Below, piece after piece: positions 9,384 through 18,817 of a stretch of DNA of 64,000 bases (position 1 is its first letter; every line of letters starts with the position of its first letter). The notes beneath the pieces are model-generated. The model searched no databases, was not told the origin of the DNA, and saw only the letters and a list, made by a program, of their open reading frames with translations. The stretch spans positions 1 to 64,000 of IMG/VR virus record IMGVR_UViG_2639763197_000004; one strand, given 5' to 3'. This DNA comes from a virus (Duplodnaviria; Caudoviricetes). Position numbers and translations under genes: made by a program.

Positions 9384-11794
9384 CCGCCGCGCCTCATCTG
9401 AACACTGGTTCGGCGCTCGACCTCGGCCTGGAACATGTGCGAGTCAGTGCGAACTTCAATGACCAATGGTTGAGCGAGCAAGGCACGCAACCGCTCCTCG
9501 GCGGCTTGTGCGGCAGGATTGGCACCGGCTGCACCAGGTGCAGCGCCATTGGGACCAAAACCCGGCATACCAGGAGCATTACCGCCTGACAGTGGAGTAG
9601 CCAGGCGCTGGGCCTGGGCAGCCAACCAGTTGGACGGCTGGCTGGTGCCAGATTGCGACATCATGTCCCGCAGTTGTTGTTGGGCGGTGAAGGTTTCGGC
9701 GCCCGCTGCCAGGGCTCTATTGGCGATACCTTGCGCCCAGGTGTTGGCGCCGTTGACGGGCAAACCCGATGCTGTCAGGCCAGTTTCATGGTGCGCCAGG
9801 CGCTGGGCTTCCGTGGACAGCCAGCCTTGTGACTGGTCGGGATTCTGTTCCGCAAGGGCAATACGGTTGCGGTAAAAAGAAGTTTCATAGACGCGCTGGT
9901 CATCATTGATCAGCTTGTTACGGGGCACCATGGCTAGCCGGTCTGCATCGGTGTTCTGGCCGGTTGAGCCTCCGAGTTGGGTCGCCGTAACCCCTAATGC
10001 AAGTGGTGCCAGCCATGGGGTGATAAAGCCACCGGGCTTGCCCTTGGTTTTATCCGAGTTAGAACCGCTCGGCAGATCTGGCCCGCCAATGCCACCCAGA
10101 GAAGCAGCAGGCCAGTTGGTGACAAATACAGATGTAACGCCCGTGGCTTCTTCCAGCACCTTACCCACAGCAATACCTTTTAAGGTTTCGGGACCGCCCA
10201 TGAACTTGTTGAGCAACGCACCTGCACCCGCTTTGGCACCGCGACCGGCGTAGTAGCCTCCAACACCAAGTGCAGCACCACCGGCAAGCATTTGCTCGCC
10301 AGAAAGGTTCAAATCATCGAGCAGATACGTACCCATATCGGCAAACCCTTTATTCAAGGGTGTTGCCATCCGGTCGATAGCTTCGGCCAACGTTGCTTTC
10401 ACTCGCGCCGCCGTACCGCTTGCGCTTTCGGTGTTCTCCTTCAAATCCTGATTGAATATCGGAGCAGACTTATCAATCGTTCTTGAACCGGATTTGAAGT
10501 CTTCAAGGCGCTCACCGGTCAACATACTGCGCCAACCGCGAACCGTGTCTTGATCCATACCTTTGAATACAATCCCCATGAACTTTGCGCGCTGCTCATC
10601 AGTTTTCATGGCTTCATACTTGCGCTTCACGTCGCCGAAAACATCTTCGGGGTTACGGGTGCTTTGATCCTTATTAAAAAACTTTACGCCTGTTGACTTA
10701 GTAACTTGATCTCGATACTGCTTATTCCCGAAGACCCGCAAAGTAGACTCGGCCAAAGTGCCCAGGCGTTCGGGTTGTTTTTCAACCTTGGATAAACTCT
10801 CTGTAAATGCCAAGGCCTGAGATAGCGACATACCTGCGGCATTGGCAGCACCACCGAGCTTTGGAAACAGGCTGGCAAGGTTCTCCAGTTCAGCGCTACC
10901 CAACCGACCAGCCACAGTCATCTTTTGCAGTAAGTCGAGCGCAGCATCTTTCTTGTTCAAGTCGATGTTGAATGCCGATGCCCCCGTCATAAGAGCATCC
11001 CCTAGCACAGCCGGGTCGGCATTAGTAACAGCAGTGGCTTTGCCAATGGCATCGGCGGCGTCTTTGGCAGCATCGTAATTAACTCCTGATGCAATCAACG
11101 TATTGAAACCGATGTCTACGCCAGTACGCTCTACTCCATAGTCCTTGGCAATCCTGAAGCCTTCGGTTTTCCATTCGTTTTTTTGTGAACCTGACATATC
11201 TGCAGTTTGCTTAGTTTGAATCAGCATACGTTCCAGCACAGCGTTAGCCTTGAGGCCGGAGACCACACCAATACCAACACCCAAGCCAGCCAGTTGCCCC
11301 TGCATACTGCCACCCAACCCCTTGATGCGGTCGAACTCTTGGCGCACACCCATCGCAATGGTTTTCAACGTGCGAAGGCTACGCCCGCTGTTCTGAGCCA
11401 TGCGTCGGAAGGACGTTTCCGTCCGATCAACACTCTGGCGCAGTGGCTGCACACCTTGACGATCAGCACCCATAAGTTCGGTTTTGGCATCACGCGCAGC
11501 CTTACGGGCGGCGGTGGCCATCTCCTTGAGTTCGGCGGATGTCTTGCTGACCTCGATGCGCGTGCCGGAACCTGCCTTCGCGGTTTCACGCATGGCACTA
11601 CGGATGGTCTTATAACTGTTGGCCCCGACCTGACCCACTTTGGTGATGGCCGAGGATGCCTTCCAGCTTTCATCGGCCAGGGATTTCGCTCCCTCTTTAC
11701 CGGCTTTGCGTAAGTCGCGGTTGATCTGCTCGATCTCACGCCGACTGTTGCCCGCATGGGCCTGGAAACGGAGCGCGACGCGCAGATCGGACAT
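9380..11794 (-). CDS. Tail tape measure protein
   Basis: 804-aa Ala/Gly-rich helical ORF between the chaperone and N genes. Confidence 0.9.
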   Translation of the reverse strand: MSDLRVALRFQAHAGNSRREIEQINRDLRKAGKEGAKSLADESWKASSAITKVGQVGANSYKTIRSAMRETAKAGSGTRIEVSKTSAELKEMATAARKAARDAKTELMGADRQGVQPLRQSVDRTETSFRRMAQNSGRSLRTLKTIAMGVRQEFDRIKGLGGSMQGQLAGLGVGIGVVSGLKANAVLERMLIQTKQTADMSGSQKNEWKTEGFRIAKDYGVERTGVDIGFNTLIASGVNYDAAKDAADAIGKATAVTNADPAVLGDALMTGASAFNIDLNKKDAALDLLQKMTVAGRLGSAELENLASLFPKLGGAANAAGMSLSQALAFTESLSKVEKQPERLGTLAESTLRVFGNKQYRDQVTKSTGVKFFNKDQSTRNPEDVFGDVKRKYEAMKTDEQRAKFMGIVFKGMDQDTVRGWRSMLTGERLEDFKSGSRTIDKSAPIFNQDLKENTESASGTAARVKATLAEAIDRMATPLNKGFADMGTYLLDDLNLSGEQMLAGGAALGVGGYYAGRGAKAGAGALLNKFMGGPETLKGIAVGKVLEEATGVTSVFVTNWPAASLGGIGGPDLPSGSNSDKTKGKPGGFITPWLAPLALGVTATQLGGSTGQNTDADRLAMVPRNKLINDDQRVYETSFYRNRIALAEQNPDQSQGWLSTEAQRLAHHETGLTASGLPVNGANTWAQGIANRALAAGAETFTAQQQLRDMMSQSGTSQPSNWLAAQAQRLATPLSGGNAPGMPGFGPNGAAPGAAGANPAAQAAEERLRALLAQPLVIEVRTDSHMFQAEVERRTSVQMRRGG

Positions 11795-11846
11795 GGGAAA
11801 CTCCCGGAAAGGGTCTTACTAGAATAGGAAAGGCCCGGTATCGAGC

Positions 11847-12358
11847 CTATCTTTTGGGTTTTGGCAACGCCTTGCGCTGGCGCTGGCTGACGTAGCGGGT
11901 GCCTTTGACCTTGCCGATGATCAGATCAATACGTGCGTCGATCTCGGCCCTGGTCATCTGGCGCAGCTCTTCTAGTCGGTAGCCGTGCCGGACGAAGGCG
12001 TGTTCGATTCGTCGCCAGTCGGTGTTGCCGCGCTCGGCGGCGCGAGCTTTTTTTCCAACTCGGCATCGGCGTCGGCGATGATGGCCAAGTCGCTTTCGGT
12101 CAACTCGCCCAGGAGCAATTCAGTTGTCAGCGCCTCGACGGGGATTTCGCCCAGGGACAACAATTGACGGCGGTAGACCTCCAGGGTAATCAGTTGAAAA
12201 GGCGCGCCTGGATGCAGCTCCTGTGCCGCGACTAGGTCGCCCGCAACAGGAACGCGCAAGGTAAAGGTCTTGTGGCGCAAACCAGCGTAATAAACGCCCA
12301 TTCTCAACTCGCCGGTAATGCACAGGCCTTCCCAGCGCTTGCTCGGTTGCTCGGTCAT
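11847..12358 (-). CDS. Tail assembly chaperone (11972-12358) with a -1 frameshift extension to 11847
   Basis: Position before the tape measure gene; A AAA AAG slippery site at 12047-12053; -1 frame open to TAG at 11847. Confidence 0.8.
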
Positions 12359-12362
12359 TGGG

Positions 12363-12734
12363 TTATTCCGTGTAGTAGTTGAGAGCCGCGATGGTCAGGT
12401 CGCGGGTGGCTTCACCCTCTACTTGGTACTTACTGCCAAGGTCGATCAATGAGCAACCAGTCCAGGTCTCACGCTTACCGCCGCCATCCTGGGGATAGAT
12501 CGTCAGCTTGGCATCCAACAGGGCACGCCAGTCCGGCTCACCATTTTTAGGAATAGCCACCGAGACTTTCAGCTCGTGATCTTCAATGCCCTTTGCCGTG
12601 CCGGTTGGACGGCCGCTGCGATTCATTGTCTTGACGATCTTGCGCCCGGTCTTGAGGCTCGGCTCGACGCTCACCACCTCATAGTCGGTGCCGTTGATCT
12701 CCAGGACGATCTGCCCTACATAGTTATCAGCCAT
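12363..12734 (-). CDS. Tail tube protein
   Basis: 123 aa, immediately after the sheath gene. Confidence 0.8.
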   Translation of the reverse strand: MADNYVGQIVLEINGTDYEVVSVEPSLKTGRKIVKTMNRSGRPTGTAKGIEDHELKVSVAIPKNGEPDWRALLDAKLTIYPQDGGGKRETWTGCSLIDLGSKYQVEGEATRDLTIAALNYYTE

Positions 12735-12747
12735 CTAAAATCACCTC

Positions 12748-13848
12748 TTACAGGAGCAGGTCGATGCGACCGGCGAATACATGCAGGCCGTTGACGACGT
12801 CGACAGGAATGGTGCAGTTAAGGCGGTTTACGTCCTGGGAAGATCGCTCGACCACCAGCCCGGCCGCATTGGCCTCGACTTCTTCGACGATCTCCAGCTC
12901 CTGCGCCTTTAGCAGCACGTCCAGCAGCTCGCCGCGCACTGCTGCCGGGGTCTTTTTCGACAACTTTGAGCGCGGGAAGCGCAAGCGGATGCGATCACGG
13001 CACGCCATACGGATGTAATACAGGGTACGGATGGTTGTCAGATCCAACAGCGACACATCTGTGGCTCCCGCCGCAGACTTGGTGTAAGTGGTCACTGCAC
13101 GGACGATCTGGATAATCTCACCAGGGCCAACTTCAAGTGGAGTCACACCGTTAGCTAAGGCGGTTTCCTGCTCAGCGCGGCCAAGTCGTTTACCCATAGG
13201 CGGAACTTTAATTCCTGCAACCTCCAGGGTATTTAGTGGCCGCGCAGGATCTTCCTCGGAGGCGATCACAGCAGCGTATGCTGCGGCGACCTGACGGGCA
13301 GTCGATTCCGTGCCAGGCAACGACGCCAGGCTGATAGCGCCAGAGTTCAAGGACGTAGCCAGCGTAGTGGCTGCGGACAAACTGACGGTATTGGCTGCCA
13401 CACCAATGATGCCTTGCTGCTCCATCGAGCTGGTCCAGGTCTGAATATGCGTTCGCAATGCAGTGAGCGCAGTCTGGCTGTACCAAGCAGGAACCAGAAT
13501 GGTAAAGCCCCCCATGGCCGTAGCGTCCAGCGCCGCCTTGATATCGGGCTCGGCGTCACCTTCAACTACCACACCCACGGCGGAGATAGAGGCGTAACGG
13601 TAGGCTCTGATAAAGGCTTCGGCCATTTCTTCGGCCACAGTTCCACCGAACAAGTCTTTGGCCTCTGGCGAGCTGTAGAACGGCCTCGGGACATTTGCCT
13701 CAACTGTCGCCCCCTCGCCAAGCGGCACGATTAGGCACACGTTCTGTTTGTTAGTCGGCAGGTTGCGTACAGCCAGGCGGAGGTTGAACTCCATGTAAAC
13801 GCCCGGCTTGCGAATCGACGCCGGGATTGTTTCGAATTCGATGCTCAT
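12748..13848 (-). CDS. Tail sheath protein, Mu L-like (compact, 366 aa)
   Basis: I.F..IP.SIRKPG.Y.EF start, DPARPLNTL, GVTPL, NGLHVFAG. Confidence 0.9.
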   Translation of the reverse strand: MSIEFETIPASIRKPGVYMEFNLRLAVRNLPTNKQNVCLIVPLGEGATVEANVPRPFYSSPEAKDLFGGTVAEEMAEAFIRAYRYASISAVGVVVEGDAEPDIKAALDATAMGGFTILVPAWYSQTALTALRTHIQTWTSSMEQQGIIGVAANTVSLSAATTLATSLNSGAISLASLPGTESTARQVAAAYAAVIASEEDPARPLNTLEVAGIKVPPMGKRLGRAEQETALANGVTPLEVGPGEIIQIVRAVTTYTKSAAGATDVSLLDLTTIRTLYYIRMACRDRIRLRFPRSKLSKKTPAAVRGELLDVLLKAQELEIVEEVEANAAGLVVERSSQDVNRLNCTIPVDVVNGLHVFAGRIDLLL

Positions 13849-14039
13849 TCAGCGGATTCCTTTGCAGGTTGTTTGGCACCAGCACCTAGTTTGTCGCCGG
13901 GCATCAATTCACCCGCCGCCATCCGGCGTCGGTAGTAGGAGGTATCCGGCACATCAACAGCCTTGGCTGTTTCGATGTACTTGTACGGATCGTCTTCCAG
14001 GGGCACCCGATGACCAGGTGCAGCTTTAACTTGCATCAC
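13845..14039 (-). CDS. Mu gp38 / DUF2635-like protein
   Basis: VKAAPG.RVP...YYRRR...GEL motif. Confidence 0.75.
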   Translation of the reverse strand: MMQVKAAPGHRVPLEDDPYKYIETAKAVDVPDTSYYRRRMAAGELMPGDKLGAGAKQPAKESAE

Positions 14040-14605
14040 ACGTCCCTCAGTTCAATGTTGTCGGTAGCGACCGGGTTGGGGTTGTCCGATGGGGTGTGGT
14101 AGTTCAGATCAACGCCCAGTAAATCGGGCAAGGCCTCTTTCGGCTTTTCCCAGTCCAGTTCGATGTTGAATGACTGCCCCAGGACAGACAGGTGGTCGCT
14201 GGCAAACTTGCCGTTGACCAGGTTGGAAAGCTCCATCGGTTTGATGGCTGCGCGGCCCTCCCAAGGTTGCCAGTCAACCAGTTGGTGCATGCAGGCCTCC
14301 CATAGCGCATAGGTGCCAACATCCTTGTCAGTTGTGCCGCGCCGCGTTTCCTTCTCCCCGCGAGGGTGGCGAGCCGCAATCACCAGGCGGAAAGTGATAC
14401 TTATGCTGTAGCGACCCTGGGCCTTGGGCCTGATCATGGCCTTGGGCACCATCAGCAAAATCGACGGGCAACGCTTGAGCAATTCCGGCAACAGATCAGG
14501 GTCGCCTAATTCGCCGCCGTAGCTCGCCACGCGCAAGCGCGGCAGGCTTTTGCTCAACTCGTTGAGTCGGCCTTCGATCAAGTCTTCCAGGTCGCCCAGC
14601 ATCAC
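14036..14605 (-). CDS. Mu gp37-like tail completion protein
   Basis: VASYGGEL motif and position. Confidence 0.7.
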   Translation of the reverse strand: MMLGDLEDLIEGRLNELSKSLPRLRVASYGGELGDPDLLPELLKRCPSILLMVPKAMIRPKAQGRYSISITFRLVIAARHPRGEKETRRGTTDKDVGTYALWEACMHQLVDWQPWEGRAAIKPMELSNLVNGKFASDHLSVLGQSFNIELDWEKPKEALPDLLGVDLNYHTPSDNPNPVATDNIELRDV

Positions 14606-15093
14606 AAGTCCCTCAAAGTCCTGCGAGTCATCAGCCGAGGCTGGTGGCTGATCTGGAAACCAGACTGCCCACCATCCGAAGCCCCACGCTCCTTGTCTTC
14701 CCTGGCAAGGGTCTCCAGGCGCTTGATCACGTCCTTGTAAAGCACCCGCACGGTCGACTCTTCCTTGCCTGCGTCGTCGTACAGGTGATAGCGGGCGATC
14801 TCGGCCAGGTCATCCGTGACCCATGCAGGAGCATCCTCGCCAGCCGCACGGAACCGCAGGTAAAACGACACTTCGCTACGCGCCCGTGTGACGGCGTCGG
14901 CGATCCTTGCCAACGTCGCAACAGCAGTAGCTACGTCCTCGGACGGCCATTCGTCCAGGGGCTGACCAGCCGCCGCCGCTACCAGCAACTCAGAGGCGAT
15001 TACCCGATCTGTATCCGGGACGGCAACCTGTGCGATATCGCGGGCGCCAAATCGGACAATGAGCTGGCTGGCGGACGGTAGCGAGAGGTTCAT
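14602..15093 (-). CDS. Mu gp36-like head-tail connector
   Basis: IARYHLY and Y..VIK.LE motifs and position. Confidence 0.75.
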   Translation of the reverse strand: MNLSLPSASQLIVRFGARDIAQVAVPDTDRVIASELLVAAAAGQPLDEWPSEDVATAVATLARIADAVTRARSEVSFYLRFRAAGEDAPAWVTDDLAEIARYHLYDDAGKEESTVRVLYKDVIKRLETLAREDKERGASDGGQSGFQISHQPRLMTRRTLRDL

Positions 15094-15626
15094 TTATCTT
15101 TGTTCTCGGCCTTGTTGCCATTGGGTTTCCGGGGTTTCGCTGGAGGTTTCGGGGCCTCTGCCTTGGCCGCTTCACGCGCCAGCTCTTCCAGGTTGGCCTC
15201 TTCCCAGAGAGCGTCGAGTTCGATGTCGGCCGCGTTCAGTGTCTCTATGTCGTGCTCGATCACAGGGGAAGTTGCCCCTGGTGCCGGACCGTTGAATACA
15301 AGCCGACCTCCGACAACGGGCGCGCTGCCGGATAGAACCACTGCATCACCCAGAGCTGTAGCGTTTGCTTCAGTCGCCTGCGACTGGGTGTTTTGTACGG
15401 CGTTGGACGTTTTCTGTAGGTCGGCTTCCTGGAGGTTTTCATCGCGGCGGTCCTGTACCTGGTCGAATTCGTCCTCCACATAAGCGAGGACCAATTGAGG
15501 CTCTTTGCTGAGAGCCTTTAACTGTTCTTCCGTGAAGAAGTCGTCCGGATATGGGGTTGGCTGGCTGGAGTGCGCGATACCGCAACGACGGAAGCCGTCG
15601 CGCTTTGAGGTGATAACGATCGTCAT
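15090..15626 (-). CDS. HI1506-like Mu protein
   Basis: I.ITSKRDGFRRCG.AH...EPQL N-terminal motif. Confidence 0.75.
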   Translation of the reverse strand: MTIVITSKRDGFRRCGIAHSSQPTPYPDDFFTEEQLKALSKEPQLVLAYVEDEFDQVQDRRDENLQEADLQKTSNAVQNTQSQATEANATALGDAVVLSGSAPVVGGRLVFNGPAPGATSPVIEHDIETLNAADIELDALWEEANLEELAREAAKAEAPKPPAKPRKPNGNKAENKDK

Positions 15627-15635
15627 AACGCCCCC

Positions 15636-16529
15636 TTATCCCAGCCAGCTCGGCGCCAGGATTTCGGCGGTGCCTGCCCATTCGTTGCCGCTGTTGGCAT
15701 CCTTCACCAGGAGCTTGCGCGCAGCGCCTTCCAGCGGGGACGGCACCACCAACAGGCCGGGGTTTACGCCGAGTGGGCGACCACCGTCAGCATGGAAACC
15801 CTTCATCGCTGCACGCGCTGCGGCGTAGTTCTCTGCGTTGAGGGGTGCCTTTGAGCAGAACGCGAACTGCCAGAAACCGAAACCGACGTTCGCACGAGCA
15901 TCGACGCCATAGCGGTATTCATCGCGCATAAAGACATTTTCGTCGTCCATGCTGGTCATGGCTTTGAGGTCATACTTACGGCGCAGTTGGAAGATGATGG
16001 GCTTGATCGCCCGGCTGACATCGAGCAGATACCAGGCTGGGCCTTCACCGTCCTGGTAGTTGCTGACGGAGATTGCAGTGCCGGTGCCGTCAGTGTTCGG
16101 GTAGACCGGATGATCGGTGTCGAAGAAGTTCTGGCCGTCATAGCACAGGGTGGTCAAGCCAGCTTTCAACAGACTGAACACCAACTCGTCCGGGTGCGCA
16201 GTAGACGCCCGGCCCATCTCGGCAAACAACGGCTTATAGACGCCGATCTGGTCATCTTCGATGGCGTCACGCGGCACGCCCACGGACGACTCATACTTCT
16301 TGTTGGTGATCGAATAGCTGTGCGCCGCCATGTTTTTGAGAACACGGTCGCCGATCCACTCGCGAAAGTTCGGGAACTGCCCCAACCAACCATAGGTGTT
16401 GCTGGCCGACGTCGACGGCACGGTCGTGGCAATGCGCGCCCAATCGGTCGGCGTGGCTGCCTGGGCATTTTGGAACTCGGCCCGGTACGCGGTGAACAAC
16501 GCGGCCAAGGTGCCAGAAGTAATGATCAT
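15636..16529 (-). CDS. Major head protein, Mu T-like
   Basis: YGWLGQFP.FREWIGDR, CYDGQNFFDTDHPV, YGVDARANVGFGFWQ. Confidence 0.95.
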   Translation of the reverse strand: MIITSGTLAALFTAYRAEFQNAQAATPTDWARIATTVPSTSASNTYGWLGQFPNFREWIGDRVLKNMAAHSYSITNKKYESSVGVPRDAIEDDQIGVYKPLFAEMGRASTAHPDELVFSLLKAGLTTLCYDGQNFFDTDHPVYPNTDGTGTAISVSNYQDGEGPAWYLLDVSRAIKPIIFQLRRKYDLKAMTSMDDENVFMRDEYRYGVDARANVGFGFWQFAFCSKAPLNAENYAAARAAMKGFHADGGRPLGVNPGLLVVPSPLEGAARKLLVKDANSGNEWAGTAEILAPSWLG

Positions 16530-16555
16530 GAATCGCTTCCTTTATATAGAGGGCG

Positions 16556-17524
16556 TTACGCCTTGCCCTTGATGAAGTCCGCTTCGCTCATGTCCAGCAG
16601 CTTGGCGACGTGTTGCTCTTCGGAGTTGAGCGCAGTGGTGGTTTTATCGTGCTTGCGCTCGTCCAGGTTGGAGGGGGCAGCAACGACTGGCGCCGCGTCC
16701 ACGAATGCCTTAAAACGCGCCAAACCGGTTTCGTCCTGGCAAGCGGCGCGGTGATAGTCGGCCGTTGCCGGGGTTATTTTTCCGGCCTGGGTGGCCGAGG
16801 TGATCAGCGCATCAACTTGCTTGTTGTGTTCGGTTTTCTTCTGATCGGCCAAGGCTTGCTCGGCATTGGTGGCTCGTAGCAAAACGCTGTCGTAGTCCGC
16901 CCGTGGCATGAACTGCTCAAGGTTGGGTTTTTCGGTGTTCGTCGCTTGCGCGGTTGCTTTGAGTTGAGCCGTGGCCGCAAGGGCCTGTTCTTCGGTCGCC
17001 GTAGCAGGCAGGCCGAGTGCAGTCAGAAGCGCAGGTGAAAGCGTCACAGGCGTGACCTCCGTGTTTTCTTGATTGAGGGCGGTCAGCAGGAAGTTGGGTT
17101 TATTCGTCAGGCCCGCGCTGACCAGGCGAGCAATACGGGTGGTGTCGGGATCGAAGTCAAAGACGGGGGAAAGAAAGCGGTACTCGCGGTTGATGACTTG
17201 CTCGGAGGCACGAGGGGTCCAATCGACCAAGCCCCACAGGGCGCCGTTACGCAGCTCCAATTGCTTGATCCAGCCAGCCGCTGGTGCGGACTCGCCCTTG
17301 CTGGCGCGGTGCTGGGTGGCGTGTTCCCAGTCAATGGGCAGGTCAATAGCGCGACCGTGGAAACTGGACTGGACCAACGTCCCGGCTTGTTCGTCGAACA
17401 GCCATTGCCGACCATCGCGGCCGGTGACGTTGGGACCAGGGGGGATTAGTTCGACCCACTCCGGGGCCTTGCCGTCAGAGACGGTGGCGGAAAGGTCGGT
17501 GTTTAGTGCGAGTTGGGTTTTCAT
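16556..17524 (-). CDS. Prohead protease/scaffold, Mu I-like
   Basis: GRDGR, PIDWEH, APAAGWI, EYRFLSPVF, GLTNKP. Confidence 0.93.
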   Translation of the reverse strand: MKTQLALNTDLSATVSDGKAPEWVELIPPGPNVTGRDGRQWLFDEQAGTLVQSSFHGRAIDLPIDWEHATQHRASKGESAPAAGWIKQLELRNGALWGLVDWTPRASEQVINREYRFLSPVFDFDPDTTRIARLVSAGLTNKPNFLLTALNQENTEVTPVTLSPALLTALGLPATATEEQALAATAQLKATAQATNTEKPNLEQFMPRADYDSVLLRATNAEQALADQKKTEHNKQVDALITSATQAGKITPATADYHRAACQDETGLARFKAFVDAAPVVAAPSNLDERKHDKTTTALNSEEQHVAKLLDMSEADFIKGKA

Positions 17525-17555
17525 GCCGCCAGTGTGTGAGAACTGGCGGCATGAG

Positions 17556-17577
17556 TGAGTATCAGCGGGGTTTAAGA
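17556..17577 (-). promoter_or_regulatory. Late promoter box, copy 2
   Basis: Identical 22-mer upstream of gene I; adjacent 13-bp inverted repeat at 17521-17554. Confidence 0.75.
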
Positions 17578-17603
17578 CTTTCGGGAGAAGGAGTAGCTAA
17601 AAG

Positions 17604-18038
17604 CTACTCCTTGAAAAAGGAAAATGGTTTGAGTTTTCTAAGAAGTCTCATGCGCAATGACTTAATTCTCTTCTCTAGAAAAGATGCGCCAACTGTTAAC
17701 TCGCTCCGCAATCTTGAATGCTTGACCCAAGCGTCATTGGTAAGCAGATGACTGAGCATTCTTAGTGTTTGTGGGTCATATCGTGGATAAAATCTAAGTT
17801 CGAAGATTACCGCGCATTGCCGGTCAACATACATTATGTCGCCTAGATCTTGAGGTTTCACCAGGTCGCGTATTAGTCCGTGGTATGTCTCAAATTCTCG
17901 TAGGCGCGCTTCTCGACCCTTCTCAAAAACATACCGGCCAACACCCCACATGAAAGTAACGGCGGCGCCGAACATCCCCAATGGAACCACATTGTCTTTC
18001 AGAAGCGTAAAAAACGCCTCAAGGGTGAACCACTCCAT
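17604..18038 (-). CDS. Accessory membrane-anchored protein (moron) between G and I
   Basis: AT-rich 144-aa ORF, AAGG SD, one hydrophobic N-terminal segment, upstream TAGAAT -10. Confidence 0.75.
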   Translation of the reverse strand: MEWFTLEAFFTLLKDNVVPLGMFGAAVTFMWGVGRYVFEKGREARLREFETYHGLIRDLVKPQDLGDIMYVDRQCAVIFELRFYPRYDPQTLRMLSHLLTNDAWVKHSRLRSELTVGASFLEKRIKSLRMRLLRKLKPFSFFKE

Positions 18039-18230
18039 TTTACCTTCCTTGCTTAGCTATTTGCTGCGAAGGCGTCATTCTATACACGACCCGGAAAAAT
18101 CGTCTCACTGTCATAGCCTGTACATGGGGCCTCCAGCCAATCTAACGCAGGTCTAACGCACAATCGCCCCACCACAAGCGGCGGATGTACCCGTGAGACG
18201 AGTTCGCCTCGCCTGTGGGATTTGGCGGGA

Positions 18231-18713
18231 TCAGTCTGTTACTGGCTCCAACAGGTACTCTTGAATGATCAATAGCACCTCTGTTTCGTCGTCTGCCGAA
18301 AGGCCCAGATACTCCCGCGCCGGGATGTCACCCCAGGGAATAGACTGACCTTTACCTGTCTTACCTGACGCTCCTTTCCTCTGCCCAAACTGGTGGACCG
18401 CGCCATAGGGACGGTCTGTACCGAAGGCCAGCTCCGTGCTGGTGACTTGTTTGCGCAGCGTGTCCTGGAGCGTGCCTTTCTCTCGCAGGATTCCGGGGCC
18501 TTTCTTTCTGGCGAGGGTGACGGGCGAGAGTGGCGCCCAGGGCGAGCCATCCGGGGCCACCTTCTGTCTAAACCGCTCATCGGTGGATATCTGAAGGTAT
18601 TCACCTATGTCATTGAGCGGGGTTGTCAGGTCGCCCAGGCGGTCGGCCAAATCGTCCAGGACCTTGCCGACCTGGCTGGTATCTAAGGTGACATCGAGCA
18701 TTGCACCTGCCAC
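18231..18713 (-). CDS. Virion morphogenesis protein, Mu G-like
   Basis: PDGSPWAPLS, YGAVHQFG, IPAREYLG. Confidence 0.9.
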   Translation of the reverse strand: MAGAMLDVTLDTSQVGKVLDDLADRLGDLTTPLNDIGEYLQISTDERFRQKVAPDGSPWAPLSPVTLARKKGPGILREKGTLQDTLRKQVTSTELAFGTDRPYGAVHQFGQRKGASGKTGKGQSIPWGDIPAREYLGLSADDETEVLLIIQEYLLEPVTD

Positions 18714-18729
18714 GGTTCTCTCCTACTAT
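18701..18729 (+). promoter_or_regulatory. Sigma70-like promoter, antisense to the late operon
   Basis: TTGCAC-17 bp-TACTAT. Confidence 0.7.
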
Positions 18730-18735
18730 CAGTAC

Positions 18736-18817
18736 ATCCCATCGGATGAGCAGCCCCTGTCAGGGCCTCCATGCCTACATCCGGGGCGGCCCCGGCGTGA
18801 CAGCGTCGGGGCTTTTT
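18736..18817 (+). ncRNA. Candidate ~80-nt kissing-loop small RNA
   Basis: Two hairpins with complementary 6-nt loops CTGTCA (18757-18762) and TGACAG (18798-18803); the second hairpin ends in a T tract; promoter directly upstream. Confidence 0.65.

Noticed and set aside
10300-11250. AT-richer middle of the tape measure gene as an inserted element
   Set aside because: The frame is uninterrupted with no intein or intron hallmarks; ordinary mosaicism, and GC was judged only by eye
18141-18160. Tandem TCTAACGCA repeat and a CTGT..-like sequence near 18108 as an SOS box
   Set aside because: Does not fit CTG-N10-CAG; the repeat alone is too short to interpret
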